DNA of 64,000 nt from Eledone cirrhosa (GCA_964016885.1 OZ024748.1:28086001-28150000); one strand, 5' to 3'; positions 36,073 to 51,561 are shown, counted from the stretch's first letter. The notes: generated by a model from the letters alone, not told the origin. Numbers and translations: made by a program.

Positions 36073-36866
36073 GTGCGTGTGTGTGTATGTGTGTGTGTGT
36101 GTGTGTGTGCGTGTGCGTGTGCGTGTGCGTGTGTGTGTGCGCGTGTGCGTGTGTGTGTGCGCGCGTGTGTGTGTAGGTGTGTAGTTGCGTAAGTGCGTAG
36201 GTGTGTGTCTGTATGTATGCGTATGCATATGTGTGTCTATGTAAGTGTGTGTGTGTGTGTGTGTGTATAGGTGTGTGTGTGTGTGTGTGTAGGTGTGTAG
36301 GTGTGTGTCTGTATGTATGCGTATTCATATGTGTGTCTATGTATGTGCATGTGCATGTGTGTGTGTGTGTGTGTGTCTTTGAATGAGCGTGTGCGTGTTT
36401 GTGTGTGCAATACTGTATTCTTCAGTGACAATAGACAGGAATGTGTCACACAATATGACGACCACATCGATAATTAAGATTGAAAAGAGGGTATGTTGGG
36501 GTTGTGGAGGGAGTAAGGCCTTTGGACTGGGTGGGTGGTTTGTGGGTGGTGTGTGGCCTGCAGAAAAGTGGGGGAGATTATAGAAAAGTTGGGTTGTAAA
36601 GGAGATGCGTGCTATATAGCGGAGTGAGTGTTGTGAAGAGAAGCTATGGAAGTAGGTACTAAAAGCGGAGTGAAACTCTGGAAGAGATGTATCCGTGTTT
36701 ATGGTTGATTGGTTTACTGTGGAGTTGGTGGGAGCATATTTTATTTTGACGAATGCGTCTGATTTACGCATATACACATTACACATACACAGAGCTACAC
36801 AATACACAGAAATAGGCATCTCTCTCTCTCTCGCTTTCTCTCTCTCGCCATGTGTGTGTATGTGTG

Positions 36867-36905
<39 letters not shown>

Positions 36906-37059
36906 ACGTTAATACTCATCTTTTCCCATTTCTTAGACAGTTCTAAAACCCCACTATCAGACTAAGGTTTCTTTAGTCAAAAATACGACGAAAGCTTCTA
37001 TTTCTATTTTCAAACTCGCTCACTGTTTCAAAACATACTTACTTTTATATATATGTATA

Positions 37060-37169
<110 letters not shown>

Positions 37170-37411
37170 GTATTCCCGTAGGAAAGGTAAAGGAAAAGAG
37201 AGTGTTCTGTGTAGGCGTTTTAGAGCTTTTTAGTTATGTAACATAAGATAATTAATTCATTTACCAGTGATTTCTTGAAGACAAATATTTATATCTGTCT
37301 TCAGTCGTCAGAAAGAATAATATGGAATGTTTATTAAATATGGATTTGAAAACAAAGTTTAGGAAATATGAAAGTGAGGCTGAAATCAAATAACGGGCAA
37401 AAATTGAGGGG

Positions 37412-37492
<81 letters not shown>

Positions 37493-37531
37493 AGAGTATT
37501 GAAGTTTGCTTGAAGCATTGTGGAACAATAA

Positions 37532-38307
<776 letters not shown>

Positions 38308-38370
38308 ATACATGGGGAGGGTCATATTTGTGTAATATTGCCAGAATGAATAACAGAACACACTCACTGG

Positions 38371-38733
38371 ATAAACTGTAAAACTAGAAACGTAGTCTAT
38401 AGCATAAGATGTACAGAGGGTACTTGCAGAAACATGACAACAACATACATAGGTGAGACAGCTCGTAGCATAGGTGAAAGGATAGACCAACGCTGGGGGG
38501 AACTAAAAGGACGAAAAAACGGGTCAGTACTATACGAACATGCTAGACAACAACATGACGGTAACATAGACAACATAGAAATTAGAATAATATCTAAACA
38601 TAGAAATGACCCATCAGATAGGCAAATCAGAGAGGCCAGTGAAATAGAAATTAGAAGACCAAAGCTAAACAGAAAGAATGAATGGAATAACAACAACACC
38701 CAAACAAACAACACTGACCTAAGAGAAGTATAA
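38371..38733 (+). pseudogene. GIY-YIG endonuclease domain of a Penelope-like element
   Basis: [14 protein letters not shown]...YIGETARSIGERI...SVLYEH...RQIREASEI...LNRKNEW. Confidence 0.88.
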
Positions 38734-38974
38734 ATAAGTAAATAAAATAAGATAAATAAATAAATAAATAAATACATACACAAGCACAATAACAACAAGC
38801 ACATAAACACACACTAGTCACCCATCACACAACAAACATAACACTATACACACACGCAAACGCATGCGCAAAGAAAACAAAATAAAATAAACAAACAAGC
38901 AAATAAATAAATAAATATATAGACAGACTGAATAAAAATGGCGTAGACATACAACACAACAGGAGGAAAATATA

Positions 38975-39020
38975 ACACCACTGACGATGTTGCAGATGTG
39001 CAACGAAAGATTTATGATAA
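38975..39020 (+). ncRNA. Hammerhead ribozyme motif in the PLE 3' region
   Basis: CTGACGA-T-GTTGCA-gatg-TGCAAC-GAAA; stems I and III are partly decayed. Confidence 0.55.
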
Positions 39021-39286
39021 ACTATATATATGTGTTTGTGTCTATATTGTATCTGTATTATTTTTTTTTTTTTTTTGACCGTCGGTCAGTCAATGGCAAC
39101 ATTGAGGACCGAGTAAGTTAGATTACCGATATAAAAGACAGCGAGAAGCGAAAACCAACCAAACAGTGAGTGTGTTCTGTTATTAATTCTGGCAATATTA
39201 CACAAATATGACCCTCCCAAGTATAACAATATTTGTTTCGACACACGATTTCATATAAAAAACCTCGCAAAACTAATTCATCGCCG

Positions 39287-39321
<35 letters not shown>

Positions 39322-39445
39322 TATATATATATAGAGAGAGAGAAAATTGAGGTTGGTAATGGCACATGGAATATATAAGAGACAGAATACTTTTTTGTGA
39401 AAAAACATATAATTTTATAAGGTAAGGAAATAATAAAGGGTATAA

Positions 39446-39493
39446 AAAATGACCGGTTTCGATGGGTCTGCAAAAGCCATCTTTTCAAATGTT
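39446..39493 (-). ncRNA. Minimal hammerhead variant (UUGAAAA core)
   Basis: Minus strand TTGAAAA-GATGG..CCATC-GAAA-CCGG-TC, with a palindromic stem III and a GUC cleavage triplet. Confidence 0.5.
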
Positions 39494-39822
39494 GATTAAT
39501 ATTAAGAAAAATTAATAATAAGAAGAGTTAAAATTTGAGATTTGAAAATTCAAGTATAAAATTCATTGTGGGATTTCATAGTAGTTTTCATCTTGGTAGC
39601 AGCTCGTTGACTGCTTCTGGTAGTGAATGAGAAGTTATTTGGGGGTGTGGGTTATTTTATAAAGGTCAAATTTAGCAATGGCCAAATGGCCAGCTGCTGG
39701 TCAGTGAAGGGGTGGAAGCAATATACATACATATATCTTCCTGTGCTCGGTAGGAGAGGGGAGATTGATAGAAAGGGATTTAGTGCACTTACACCTATAT
39801 ATACACACATACCTTCATCCAC

Positions 39823-39867
<45 letters not shown>

Positions 39868-39995
39868 CCGTGTGAAGTTCACAAATGTTAGGTTTAGTAC
39901 TCAATACCGAAGAAGAGTTTAAATATCTCTATTAAAGGTGATAGGTCTTGTTACTCAAGAAATTCACCCCGGTGTAATCACATAGCTATGTGTGT

Positions 39996-40055
<60 letters not shown>

Positions 40056-40079
40056 ACGCGCGTCTGTGTGTGTGTCTAT

Positions 40080-40532
40080 GTCAGGTCGCTCTTCAGCACT
40101 AGTGGTATCATGTAATCCAGTACAACCTGCGCATGGTCGCGTCGTCAGCGACTAAAGGACTCAGGAGTGTCAACAGCCATCCAATAAAGACTTTTTTTTT
40201 GAAGAGCGAGATACTCCTAGTCTTCACTAGGACATTTCTCTAGGAGAAGGTCACTTTAATGTAAAACCTGCAACTTGATTACATCCAATGATGTAGACCA
40301 GTTCTTCTTTTGGCGTAAATTCATTCGATGTTCAGAGAGTGGGATTAGCCCCATGCAAAGCATTTCCTCACTTAAAAAAGCTTCAAGCACAGACACCGCT
40401 TAATATGTGACTTTTTTGCGATGCATTAACTAGCTGGCCATAGGCAAGTCTCTAGCAAGACTAAAAAGCCACGTCTGTGATACTCATGCTTAAGTATAGA
40501 GCGATGGCATTCCTCGAAATCGAGTAATGCCA
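40080..40532 (+). mobile_element. Diverged RTE-related non-autonomous element
   Basis: CCAGTACAACCTG..GTCG-TCAG-CGACTAAA, CTAGGAGAAGG, 3' CTCGAAATCGAG and a (TATG)n tail. Confidence 0.6.
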
Positions 40533-40589
40533 TCATACATGTCTGTGTATGTATGTATGTATGTATGTATGTATGTATGTATGTATGTA

Positions 40590-41171
40590 TATGTATCCCA
40601 GTACAACCTGTCTCATGGTCGGGTCGTTGGCGACTAAACTAGCAACCCCACCAAGGTTTCTTGGTGAGGAGGGTGACTTTGGACATCCAGCAGGACTAAA
40701 ACCAAAACCTGTCAAAGGGCAAAGGAGCTCTTAAGAGTCAATGGCCATCCAAAATCCCTGGGAGAGATGACCCCTTAGCCTTTGTCAAGGCAGAATTCTA
40801 GGAGAAGGAAAACTCTGATATAACACGTGCAACTCTGATGGTATCCAATGATGTTGATTTGTTCTTCTTTTTGGTAAATATCATCTTGGTTAAGAGAGTG
40901 GGACTGGCTTTGTGCAGTGCCTTTGCTCACTATAAAAGCTTCACGGCACAGGCATTGCTTTATATCTGGAGATCTCTCTGCAATTGCCGTCACATGGTAC
41001 CATGGGCCCAGCACTATGTGTCAATAATTGTCAAAAGTGTAGTGTTTGTACCAGAGTTTTCAAGTCGCTGGCTGGACTAAAAGGTCACACTCGTTCAGCG
41101 CATCGGTAGTGGTTCTCCTACATGGACATAAAGTAGTGGCCGTACTCGAAAAACGAGTTGGCAGCCACCAT
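40590..41171 (+). mobile_element. RTE-related non-autonomous element (family B)
   Basis: Highly similar over its whole length to 45940-46518; ends CTCGAAAAACGAGTTGGCAGCCACCA followed by a TATG-like tail. Confidence 0.8.
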
Positions 41172-41231
41172 ATATGTATGTATATATGTATATATGTATA
41201 TATGTATGTATATCTGTATATATATATATGA

Positions 41232-41348
41232 AGGCGTGTGGCTGAGTGGTTAGAGAATTGGATTCACAATCGGGAGGTTGTGAGTTCGATTCCTGGACCG
41301 GGCGATGCGTTATATCCTTGAGCAAGACACTTTATTTCACGTTGCTCC
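41232..41348 (+). mobile_element. CORE-type tRNA SINE, 5' part
   Basis: A-box TGGCTGAGTGGT, B-box GAGTTCGATTCC and CCTTGAGCAAGACACTTTATTTCAC. Confidence 0.75.
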
Positions 41349-41778
41349 TTCTACCTGGAGTTGCGACCGATAGATAGTATTAGCAACTGGAACGAGCGAC
41401 GGAAACATAGTTTCCTCGGTCCGATTTGACAAAAGTCGATCGATCCTTTATATATATATATATTTATATTTATATATACATATATATATATATATACATA
41501 TTGAGTATACCTTTTCATTCATTTGGACCTCCAAACGTAGTAGTTACACTAACTGCTGTCTCTATGTGTTTTTCATACTCTCTATTACACTCTCCTTCTC
41601 TCTCTCTCACTCTCCCTTACTCACTCACTCACTCTTTCACTCTCTCTCTCTCTCCCGCTCTGTGTGATATTGTATGTGTATATATGTATATATGTGTGTG
41701 AATATGTATTTGGGCATGTGTGTAAATATGAGTATGTCGGCTGTGCGTGTGTTTGCTCTGTAAATATATATGGGTACA

Positions 41779-41818
<40 letters not shown>

Positions 41819-41839
41819 GATAGATAGATAGATATATAA

Positions 41840-41882
<43 letters not shown>

Positions 41883-42403
41883 CGAACAAAATTCAACAAA
41901 ATATTAAAATTTACAAGAATCTACTTGTAAAAGGCATTTTTATCCGTGAAGTGGTTATATTGATGTAGTGGTGGTGATGGTAGGGGTGGTGGGTGGGTGT
42001 TGTAGTGGTGGTGATGGTATGAGTGGTGGGTGGGTGTTGTAGTGGTGGTGGTTGGATGTTGATTGTCGAGGAGGAGGATAATAATAATAATAATAAGAAG
42101 AAGAAGAAGAAGAAGAAGGAAGATGAGGATAAGGAGAAGGGGGGAGGATGAGGAGGAAGAGGAAGTGAAAGAAGAAATAATTATGCAGGTGCTCAGTCGG
42201 TCTTACTATAAATAAATACAAATAATTTGATGTATAAAATTCGGTCAAGCAAAAGTTGATGAAATCTTGAGTTGCTTCCCTTGCCATGTATTTTTTTTTT
42301 TTTTTAATAAAAAATAAAATGAACTACTGATCACGCACATGCGCGTACTCACTCAACAACAATAGTAGTAACAACAACAGCAGAACAATAGGAACAACAA
42401 CAG

Positions 42404-42437
<34 letters not shown>

Positions 42438-42442
42438 AGTAA

Positions 42443-42474
<32 letters not shown>

Positions 42475-42550
42475 ACAGCAACAGGGTGAAGGTGATAAAG
42501 GTGATGATGATGATGGTGATGGTGATGGTGATGATGATGAGGTTGAGAAT

Positions 42551-42600
42551 TCCTTTATTGGCCACAAGGGCCCAATATGTTGAAGACAATAGAAGGGGGA
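42551..42600 (-). mobile_element. Short 3'-terminal fragment related to the Tx1 3'UTR
   Basis: TTTATTGGCCACAAGGG resembles TTTATTAGCCACAAGGG at 19199-19215. Confidence 0.45.
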
Positions 42601-43934
42601 GGAGGAGGTGGTGGTGGAGGAGAGGGGTTTAGATATAGTAAAGTGAGACATCACTGGAGTGTAAACAGTTGATAGAACAATAACTATCACACATCTTCCT
42701 ATCTCTCCGTCTTTCTCTCCCTCTCTCGTTCTAACACAATCTCTACTTCTCTATCTCTCATTCGCTCTTTCTTTCTCTCTCTATCTCTCACTCTTAGACA
42801 CCTTCCCTCTCCTCCCATACAACGAGCCATTCCAACAGACCCACCACCACTGCCACCAACACCACCACGACCACGACCACGACCCCCACTACCACCACCA
42901 TTACCACCACCACCACCACCACCACCACCACCACTACCACTACCTCCACTACCACAACCACCACCAGCATCCCCACAGCTACCACCACAACCACCACCAG
43001 CATCCCCACAGCCACCACCACAACCACCACCAGCACTACTACCACCACCACAACCACCACCACTTAACACCACCATAACCACCACTACTACCACCGCCAC
43101 TACTACCACCACGACTACCACCACAACCACCACCACTACCACACCACTACAGCCACCACTGCCGCCACGAACACCACTACAAACACCACCACTAACGCCA
43201 CAACTACTACCACTAACACCACTACAACCACCACTACCTACCACCACGACCGCCACCACTACCACCACAACTACCACCACTACCACCACTAACACCACTA
43301 CAACCATCACCACTCCAGTCACTGTCTCTATACAGAACGGGGCGTGAATTGTCCAGTTAGCGGTCCGTTTTATGTCTTTGACCAATGGCCAGCTCCCACC
43401 ACTCCCTTCCCTACTCCAACCAAATCTCATTAATTTGGCGGTAAATTCTCATTTTTTATTCACCAACTGCTGTCACTACCTCACTTCTCTGATCACCATA
43501 ATAGAGACGTTAGTGGGTGGGGAGAATAGAGGGACAGAGAGAGGTAGGAGGAGAAGAGAGAGAAGAGGTGAGAGAGAGGGAAGAGAGTGAAGGCGAATAT
43601 AGAAAGAAAGAAGAGGAAAGGCAAAAAAGTGTGTGAGAGAAAAAGAGAGATATAGTGAAACGTATTTAATATAAATAGCGTTTGATTGTCCCTCTCGGAG
43701 GACAAAAAGGAGTACTTGTCCTCTAATGAACGGCCAATTAGCTGTGAAACTTGTAAAGGCAATCAATCTCTGAAGCAAAATTTGTTTTCGCTCTAGCATT
43801 GTGGATACGTAAATGCATGTGTTTTAGACGACTATCGTCATGCTTTTGTTCTAGCGGTAACAGAGAGAAATAATCGACAATTGTTTCAGGGTTATTGCTC
43901 TTTGTCAAGATTGTGTATCTCTCCTTTTCTGATA

Positions 43935-45820
43935 GTGAGGAACACTTTACTGATCTGTTTGACAATCCAATTTTGGAGTGATAGAGGGCCTTCCGCAATG
44001 TGAAACAGTGCACCGTGTGGATCGACTTCCCTCTGCTGATGAGATAAAGCTGGCAGTTAAACAAGTTAACTATGGCAAGGCACCAGGTCCAGATGGTATC
44101 CCAGTCGAAACGCTGAAAGTCGGTAGCGATAATGTAACGGAAGCAATAAACAGCTTCATCACTGTTTGCTGCAACGGAACCCCGGTTCCACAAGATTGGA
44201 TCAATGGTATTCTGTTATCGTTATACAAAGGCAAAGGTGAAAAATCGATATGTAGAAACTACCTTGGTATCACTTTGTTGGAAGTTTTTGGCAAGGTTCT
44301 TGCAAGACTTTTGTTCAACAGACTGGAGGAGGATATCTGTCCTACAGCTATCCCAGAATCACAGAGTGGTTTTAGGGGAGGAAGGGAAACAGTTGACATG
44401 ATTTTCTCTGTAAGACAAATACAAGTAAAATGCATTGAGAAGTGGGACCCTCTATATCAAGCCTTTGCCGACCTAACAAAAGCTTTTGACACAGTTAACA
44501 GAGATGCACTCTGAATAGGCTGTCCACCGAAGTTTGTAAGTATGCTAAAGCAACCGCACAAAAATATGAAAGCTCAAGTTACCTTCAATGGTCAACTATC
44601 TGAGGAAATATCAATTAACAACGGGGTAAATCAGGTGATATTCCTGCTCCTACGTTTTTTCTCCATCTTCTTTGATGCCTTGCTCACACATGCTTTCCAT
44701 GATTGTGACAGAGGCATTCTCTTATGGTTCAGAAATACTGGAAAGGTTTCAACTTAAGAAGGTTTAATGCCAAAACAAACACTTTTCAAGCTTTGATCAG
44801 AGACCTTCTTTACGCCGACGACGCTGACATCCTAGCACACACAGAAGCTAGCATACAACACATTATGGACCGTTTCTCATTCAGCATTTGGGCTTACAAT
44901 CAGCCTTAAAAAGACCAAAGTAATGTTTACCCCTGCTCCTGGAGAACCCAATATCATAGTTGGTAGAACCAAATTGAGAGTAATAGATAAATTTGTCTAC
45001 TTGAGTAGCACGCTGTCAAATTATAGCTCATTGGATACTGAAATACATCTGCACATCTAGAAGGTACCTGTTGCTTTCGGAAAATTGGAAAAGAGAGCGG
45101 AATGTCCAGGCATTGAGTCTCTAGTAACATCTCAAATGTGCTGGACAGAACATATCGTCCTCATGAAAGAAAGTAGGATCCCAAAGCAACTGTTTTACGG
45201 TGAGCTCCATCTTAGAAAAAGGCCTCAACACAAACCGAAAATGAGGTACAAGGACAACATCTAGAATAAACTTACAGAGCTGGCGTTTGATATAGACAAC
45301 TAGGAGGAGATAGTTGTATACAGTGCTGAGTGGGGAAGCACATAAAGGGCAGCTGCAAAGCTTTTCAAGAATGTCGTCTAGAACATAAACAACTGAAGCG
45401 ACAGCTCCGGAAGGGTTATGTTCACAGTCTTGATGAATTCATCTGTAGTTGGACATGAACATTCTATCATCGTGTACTCCTCTCAAAAGCTAGTTACGTT
45501 AATCACCTGAAGTCACGTGAAAGAACAACTACTCGCAACACCAACCAATAAAGACCTGGTGAAACAACGTACGTGATATGCAACAAAGTGTGTAGAACTA
45601 GTTCCGGACTAAAAAAAACATGGTGGTACATAAAGATTGTGTCCCTCAGGGTGCCACCACCGGTCCTGTGGAAAGCACAGCTCTCTTCTGTCAACTGTGT
45701 CGTAAACCATGCAGATCTACAGCTGGCCTACAAAGTCATCTACGAAGTGAAGAACGCGGATGGTTGACAACGAAGAATCAATAAGAGACAGCAATCGTCT
45801 GTGAAGACGCTGCAATCCTC
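43935..45820 (+). pseudogene. Decayed RTE-clade LINE (RT plus three C2H2-like fingers), (TATG)n tail
   Basis: GKAPGPDGIP, PESQSGFRGGRETVDMIFS, DLTKAFDTVNR, LLYADD, RIPKQLFYGEL and CQLCRKPCRSTAGLQSHLRS; tail (TATG)n at 45821-45910. Confidence 0.9.
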
Positions 45821-45910
45821 ATGTATGTATGTATGTATGTATGTATGTATGTATGTATGTATGTATGTATGTATGTATGTATGTATGTATGTATGTATTA
45901 TGTATGTATG

Positions 45911-46518
45911 TCAGCTCACCAGTTGGTGCTACTGGTAACATGTATCCCAGTACAACCTGTCTCATGGTCGGGTCGTTGGCGACTAAACTGGCAACCCCAC
46001 CAAGGTTTCTTGGTGAGGAGGGTGACTTTGGACATACTGCAGGACTAAAACCAAAACCTGTCAAAGGGCAAAGGAGCTCTTAAGAGTCAATGGCCATCCA
46101 AAATCACCGGGAGAGATGACCTCTTAGCCTTTGTCAAAGCAGAATTCTAGGAGAAGGAAAACTCTGATATAACACCTGCAACCCTGATGGTATCCAATGA
46201 TGTTGACTTGTTCTTCTTTTTGGTAAATATCATCTTGGTTAAGAGAGTGGGACTGGCTTTGTGCAGTGCCTTTGCTCACTATAAAAGCTTCACGGCACAG
46301 GCATTGCTTTGTATCTGGAGATCTCTCTGCACTTGTCCTCACATGGTGCCGTGGGCCCAGCTCTATGTGTCAATAATTGTCACAGGTGTAGTGTTTGTAC
46401 CAGAGTTTTCAAGTCGCTGGCTGGACTAAAAAGTCACACTTCTTTAGCGCATCGGTAGTGGTTCTCCTACATGGATATAAAGTAGTGGCCGTACTCGAAA
46501 ACGAGTTGACAGCCACCA
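45911..46518 (+). mobile_element. Full-length RTE-related non-autonomous element (family B) inserted in the RTE tail
   Basis: Paralog of 40590-41171 with an intact 5' end; (TATG)n on both sides. Confidence 0.8.
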
Positions 46519-47655
46519 TGTATGTATGTATGTGTGTATGTATATGTGTATGTATGTATGTATGTATGTATGTATGTATGTATGTATGCATGTATGTATG
46601 TGTGTATGTATGTATGTATGTATGTATGTATGTGTATGCATTATATAGGCAGATTCGTACATGGAGAGACAGTGACATAACAGTAACCGCATGCGCAAAG
46701 ACGCACACCTGGATATAAGCAATCACACATACACACGCACACACACATACATACACAGACACACATACGCACTCACACATCACTGTCAAAATGGACAAGC
46801 TATCTATTTCTAGGAAACCAGTGAATATATTTATGTTTTTGTCTCTTTCTCTTTATCTCTCTCTCTCAATCTCTATCTCAATCTCATTCTCTCTCTCTCA
46901 CACATATACATGTTTCTCTCTGCTTAACTGTCTCAGTCCGATTGTATGTGTTTGTTTGTTTGTGCATGTGTGTGTGTGTGTGTGTGCATGTGTGTGTGTG
47001 TGCATGTGAGTGCGCTAGCGCCTGTCTTTTTATCTCCGTGTGTGTACGTATACATATATATGTGTGTGTGTGTATATCAGTCGCAGCCAGTCTGTCTATA
47101 TGTTCGTGTACATGTGTGTGTGTGTCCATTAGTTAATCTTACCAAAACCTAATTTTCACTGGCAGACGATATATCTTACACTCACTCACACTTACTATAA
47201 AACTTATTCACTCACTCACTATATAATCTCAATTATTCACTCACTCGCTCACACACTATAAAAATTCACTCACTCACTATAAAATCTCACTCACTCTACA
47301 TAAAAACTGAAGAAACCAGACGACACACGCGGCCTAACTGAATGAACGTTGCAGTTTTGCACTCTTCTTAAAAAGGAGGTAGAAAACGTTAAGCTGTTAA
47401 TTGAAGGCAAGCGTTTGCCTCTTAGCTCGCCTTATCACAGTGACATCGATTTATATGGCGCTGTTTCAGCATATCTTCCTCTTCCGATGGACGGCTGCGC
47501 ACTTAATGGATGACCTCTTTGTGTTGGTAAATATGTAAAGCTTGTCTTTGTAAACAGACAAACTCCCAGTGTGTGTATGTGTATTGTTCTGTATTATGTG
47601 GTGTGCGTGTGTGTATTGTTCTGTATTATATGGTGTGCGTATGTAAATCTGAGTT

Positions 47656-47695
<40 letters not shown>

Positions 47696-47989
47696 TGTGG
47701 TGTGTAAATGATGTTCTGTGTTGTGTAGTGTATATGCGTACACTTTTGTGTTTGCGTGTATATATATTCAAATATATATATATATATGTATATATATATG
47801 TGTGTGTATGTGTGTGTGTTTCTATGTCTTCAAGCTAGTGGGGTCGGCGTGTATGTGTTGATATGTGATGTACAAGAATTACACACACAAACACATATAT
47901 ATTACAATCCGCTTATTATAATCATGGATAATGCTATCAAACGGTGATCGCTTTCTAAATGGCTTCGTCTCAAAATGAGGACAATAAGT

Positions 47990-48063
<74 letters not shown>

Positions 48064-48379
48064 TGTGTGTGTATACGTATGTATGAGTATGTGCATGTCT
48101 CTGTATACGTTTACGTGTACACAAGTCAAAACAAAACCTATATTTCCGTTTTATATCCCATGACATAGCAGTTTGTCAAGTAGAAATCGATAAAATAAGA
48201 ACCTATCACCGAGTAAAGTCCCCCGAAAGGAACCAATAAAGGAAGAATAACACACACACTAACAATAGGGGGTAAGAACAGTTAGTAAGGTACTCAATAC
48301 ATTAGTAGGGTGTAAACATCAAGTTTAATATAGAAATACCTTGAACTATATTAAACTTGATATATATATATTAAACTTG

Positions 48380-48441
<62 letters not shown>

Positions 48442-48996
48442 CCCCTCACGCATATATGTTGCGTGACGTAATGTACGCATATGAGTATGTGTGTGCATGT
48501 GTGTATGTATGTATATTGTATGTATGTATGCATATATGCATGTGTGTGTGTGTGTATGTATATTGTATGTATGTGTGTATGTGTGTGCATGTGTGTATGT
48601 ATGTATATTGTATGTATGTATGTATGCATATATGTATGTGTGTGTGTATGTGTATGTATATTGTATGTATGTATGTATGTGTGTGTGTGTGTGCATGTGT
48701 GCGTGTGTGAGTGAGTATGTTTGCGTGTATAGCCATTTACTGCCCATTATATCCCCAAAGCCCCACCAGAGTACAATTGAAAGCCACAAAGCGGCACACG
48801 CAATACTAATCTTTCATTTAATGTTATCACTGTTGTTCAACTGTATACCTATATCACCTGTGTGTCTATATGCGTTTAATGTGTGTGTTTGTGTATGTCT
48901 GTATATCTACGTGTCTATCTGTCTGAGTGTATGTTTTCGAAGTGAATGTATGACATAAATATATATACATACATATATATATATATATTAGAAATA

Positions 48997-49131
48997 TAAG
49001 GTTTCACCGTATTTTTGACTAAAGAAACTTTTAGCCTATAGTGGGGTTTAGGACCCTCAGAGAAATGGAAAAAGATGAGTATTGACGTACTATCAGGCTA
49101 AAAATTTCTTTAGTCAAAAATACGGTGAAAA
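48997..49131. repeat. Short inverted repeat element; homologous arm at 36945-36990
   Basis: TTTCACCGTATTTTTGACTAAAGAAA is inverted as TTTCTTTAGTCAAAAATACGGTGAAA; the same arm occurs at 36967-36992. Confidence 0.6.
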
Positions 49132-49456
49132 GTATGGTCACAGGAAAAACAGGAATGACTAGGCAGGAATAATTGGTCAGAAGGAGAAATTTATTGAGAA
49201 GTTCATTCCTTAACATATATTTCTGTACAATAACCATTTACATGTGCTGACTGAAAAATCCCATGCTCAATCGTATGTATTATGTAAAAGATTATTGCAC
49301 TTCATCAGAAAATTCTTATAATCCAAGCCGAAGTCGTCGTATTTTTGCAATAAGTATTACTTACTGCTGACTGATCCGAGGTAAAAGTCACTGGCACATA
49401 GAGAAAGACAGGATCGAAATATAACAGATGTGGTAGGCAAAAATAGTAAGCCAATA

Positions 49457-49647
49457 ATAATTGTTTCTACTTCTGGCACAAGGCCAGCAATTATCTCAGT
49501 GTATTACTAGTACTTTATTTTATCGACCCCGTAAGGATGAAAGGCTAAGTTAACCTCGGCGGGATTTGAACTCAGACCATAAAGGACCGTAACTCTTTGC
49601 TGCAAAGCATGGCGTCCGACCCTCTACCGATACTGCCAATCCACCGA
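49457..49647 (-). mobile_element. Full-length tRNA-derived SINE
   Basis: Same family; 12-bp TSD GTAAGCCAATAA. Confidence 0.92.
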
Positions 49648-49699
49648 GGTAAGCCAATAAAAATAAGTGAAAATAAGCAAAAATAAACAATAATAAAAA

Positions 49700-49998
49700 A
49701 TAATTAAGGGTATCTTAATATTATTGAAATTTGCTGAAATTGTATGAATAGGTATCATATCTTGTCATTTACCTATGGTTTAAATTTCATATAAATCGAA
49801 GGAACAAAATTTTCAGCGGGGGATTTTGTGCCCCCGGGGAACCCTTTGATTAAAATGAAATATACTTATCCAAGTACCCTGGGCAATGTAGTTTCAGAAT
49901 ATATATGGTTATGGGGGTCTATCTCCAAAACCATAGGAGGAGTTCGTGAACAAACAAACAAACAAACAGACAGGAATACAACTTTATATATATATATT
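49700..49998 (-). mobile_element. Helitron/Helentron-like non-autonomous fragment
   Basis: Minus strand begins TATATATAAAGTTGTATTCCTGTCTG(TTTG)nTTCACG, a typical Helitron-like 5' end with an internal microsatellite. Confidence 0.45.
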
Positions 49999-50156
49999 TG
50001 AATACAACTTTATATATATATATTTGAATTTTTATTTTATTGTTTTAACTTATATCATGACTGTTTTCCTTTTGATGTGTTATTGTTTTCCGGGATTTAT
50101 TTTAAACTACAACATTTTCAACATATGGATTACATTGAGTTCTACATGCAGATAGC

Positions 50157-50272
50157 AAGCCGTAGCTATGCAAACATCGAGGCTAACGTCCTCTTTATAC
50201 CAGAGGGCGTTAGCTCCGATGTTTGCATAGCTACGGCTTCCCAAATCCGTGTTTCTTAAGAAATACGAAATT
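50157..50272. mobile_element. Foldback/MITE family member (38-bp arm hairpin plus terminal arm)
   Basis: AAGCCGTAGCTATGCAAACATCGAGGCTAACGTCCTCT-ttatacc-AGAGGGCGTTAGCTCCGATGTTTGCATAGCTACGGCTT; related to 51283-51350 and to the TIRs of 51605-52083. Confidence 0.65.
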
Positions 50273-50411
50273 TATATATATATATATATATGAAGAAAGG
50301 AATAAAGAAGAATAAAGAAAGGAATAAGGAAAAGAATAATAGTTGGTATACCATGTTAGTAAGCGAGAGGAGAGATCACACTCTAAATGGCCAATGAGAA
50401 AACTACCTATA

Positions 50412-50655
50412 TATAAGAATTTGAAGTTTGAAAGCCACGACAATGTGAAATGGACGCTATATTCCTGGTATATAGCGCGGCGCTTCGGACATTGAATTAG
50501 TCCCTTTTATTTTCGTCGGAAGAAGAGATTTTGATCTCGAAATATCAAGACATCTAAATAGATTTTAAAAAAGTAAAATCATCTTGTTTCATCCGACTTA
50601 TTTGTTTATTCATCCATTTTGCATTGTCGTGGCTTTCAAACTTCGAATTCTTTAT
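50412..50655. mobile_element. MITE with ~40-bp TIRs
   Basis: AAGAATTTGAAGTTTGAAAGCCACGACAATG..AAATGGA is inverted as TCCATTTTGCATTGTCGTGGCTTTCAAACTTCGAATTCTT. Confidence 0.7.
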
Positions 50656-50737
50656 GCCATAAAAAATTCTTCAATTAAAATACAAATTCCTCCTTTATAT
50701 ATATATATATATATATTTATATATGTGTGTGTGTTAT

Positions 50738-50897
<160 letters not shown>

Positions 50898-51171
50898 TGA
50901 GTGAGAGAGAAAATAAAGTAGTTTTCACTTTTCGTTGGTAAAAATCAAGCTTGTGAGGAGTGATAATGCAAGTACTAATGAAGAAGCAGCTAACCGAATA
51001 GTTTCTCTTTGGATTTCGGTTTATATATATAAATATATAAGAAAGTGAGATTTTTTTTACAAAAGGAAAAATAACCGAGGTGTCCTACACGAGTGAAAGT
51101 ATAAAGAAAAAAAGATGAAATCGAAAATGCAGCTGGAGTCTTATTTAAAAAATATATATATATTTATTTGG

Positions 51172-51213
51172 TTCCTTTACCGGTTTCGCAGTTCTTCTGC
51201 TTTTCAAAAGTAG
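51172..51213 (-). ncRNA. Minimal hammerhead variant (UUGAAAA core)
   Basis: Minus strand CTT-TTGAAAA-GCAG-aagaa-CTGC-GAAA-CCGG-TA-AAG: all three stems present and a GUA triplet. Confidence 0.55.
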
Positions 51214-51475
51214 AGTTGAGATGGAGGGTCTGTGGTTTTTCTCACATATATATATATATATAAGATTTCGCTTCAAGCATAGCTTTATACCAGAGGGCGT
51301 TAGCCCCGGTGTTTGCATAGATACGGCTTCCTAAAACCGTGTTTCTTTAGCCGTCGAAACGGCTTGGGTTCTGCCGTCGGGGACGTACATTTTCCTATTA
51401 CCCACTTTACTACCCTAAGTATTGAGTACTCTGGTGCGTTATGGTCCATCTGGCTTCTTACCACAACTCCTTCGT

Positions 51476-51561
<86 letters not shown>

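Noticed and set aside
42699-43430. 243-aa Gly/Val/Cys-rich ORF
   Set aside because: Derived from (ACC)n-type low-complexity sequence and a GA-rich tract.
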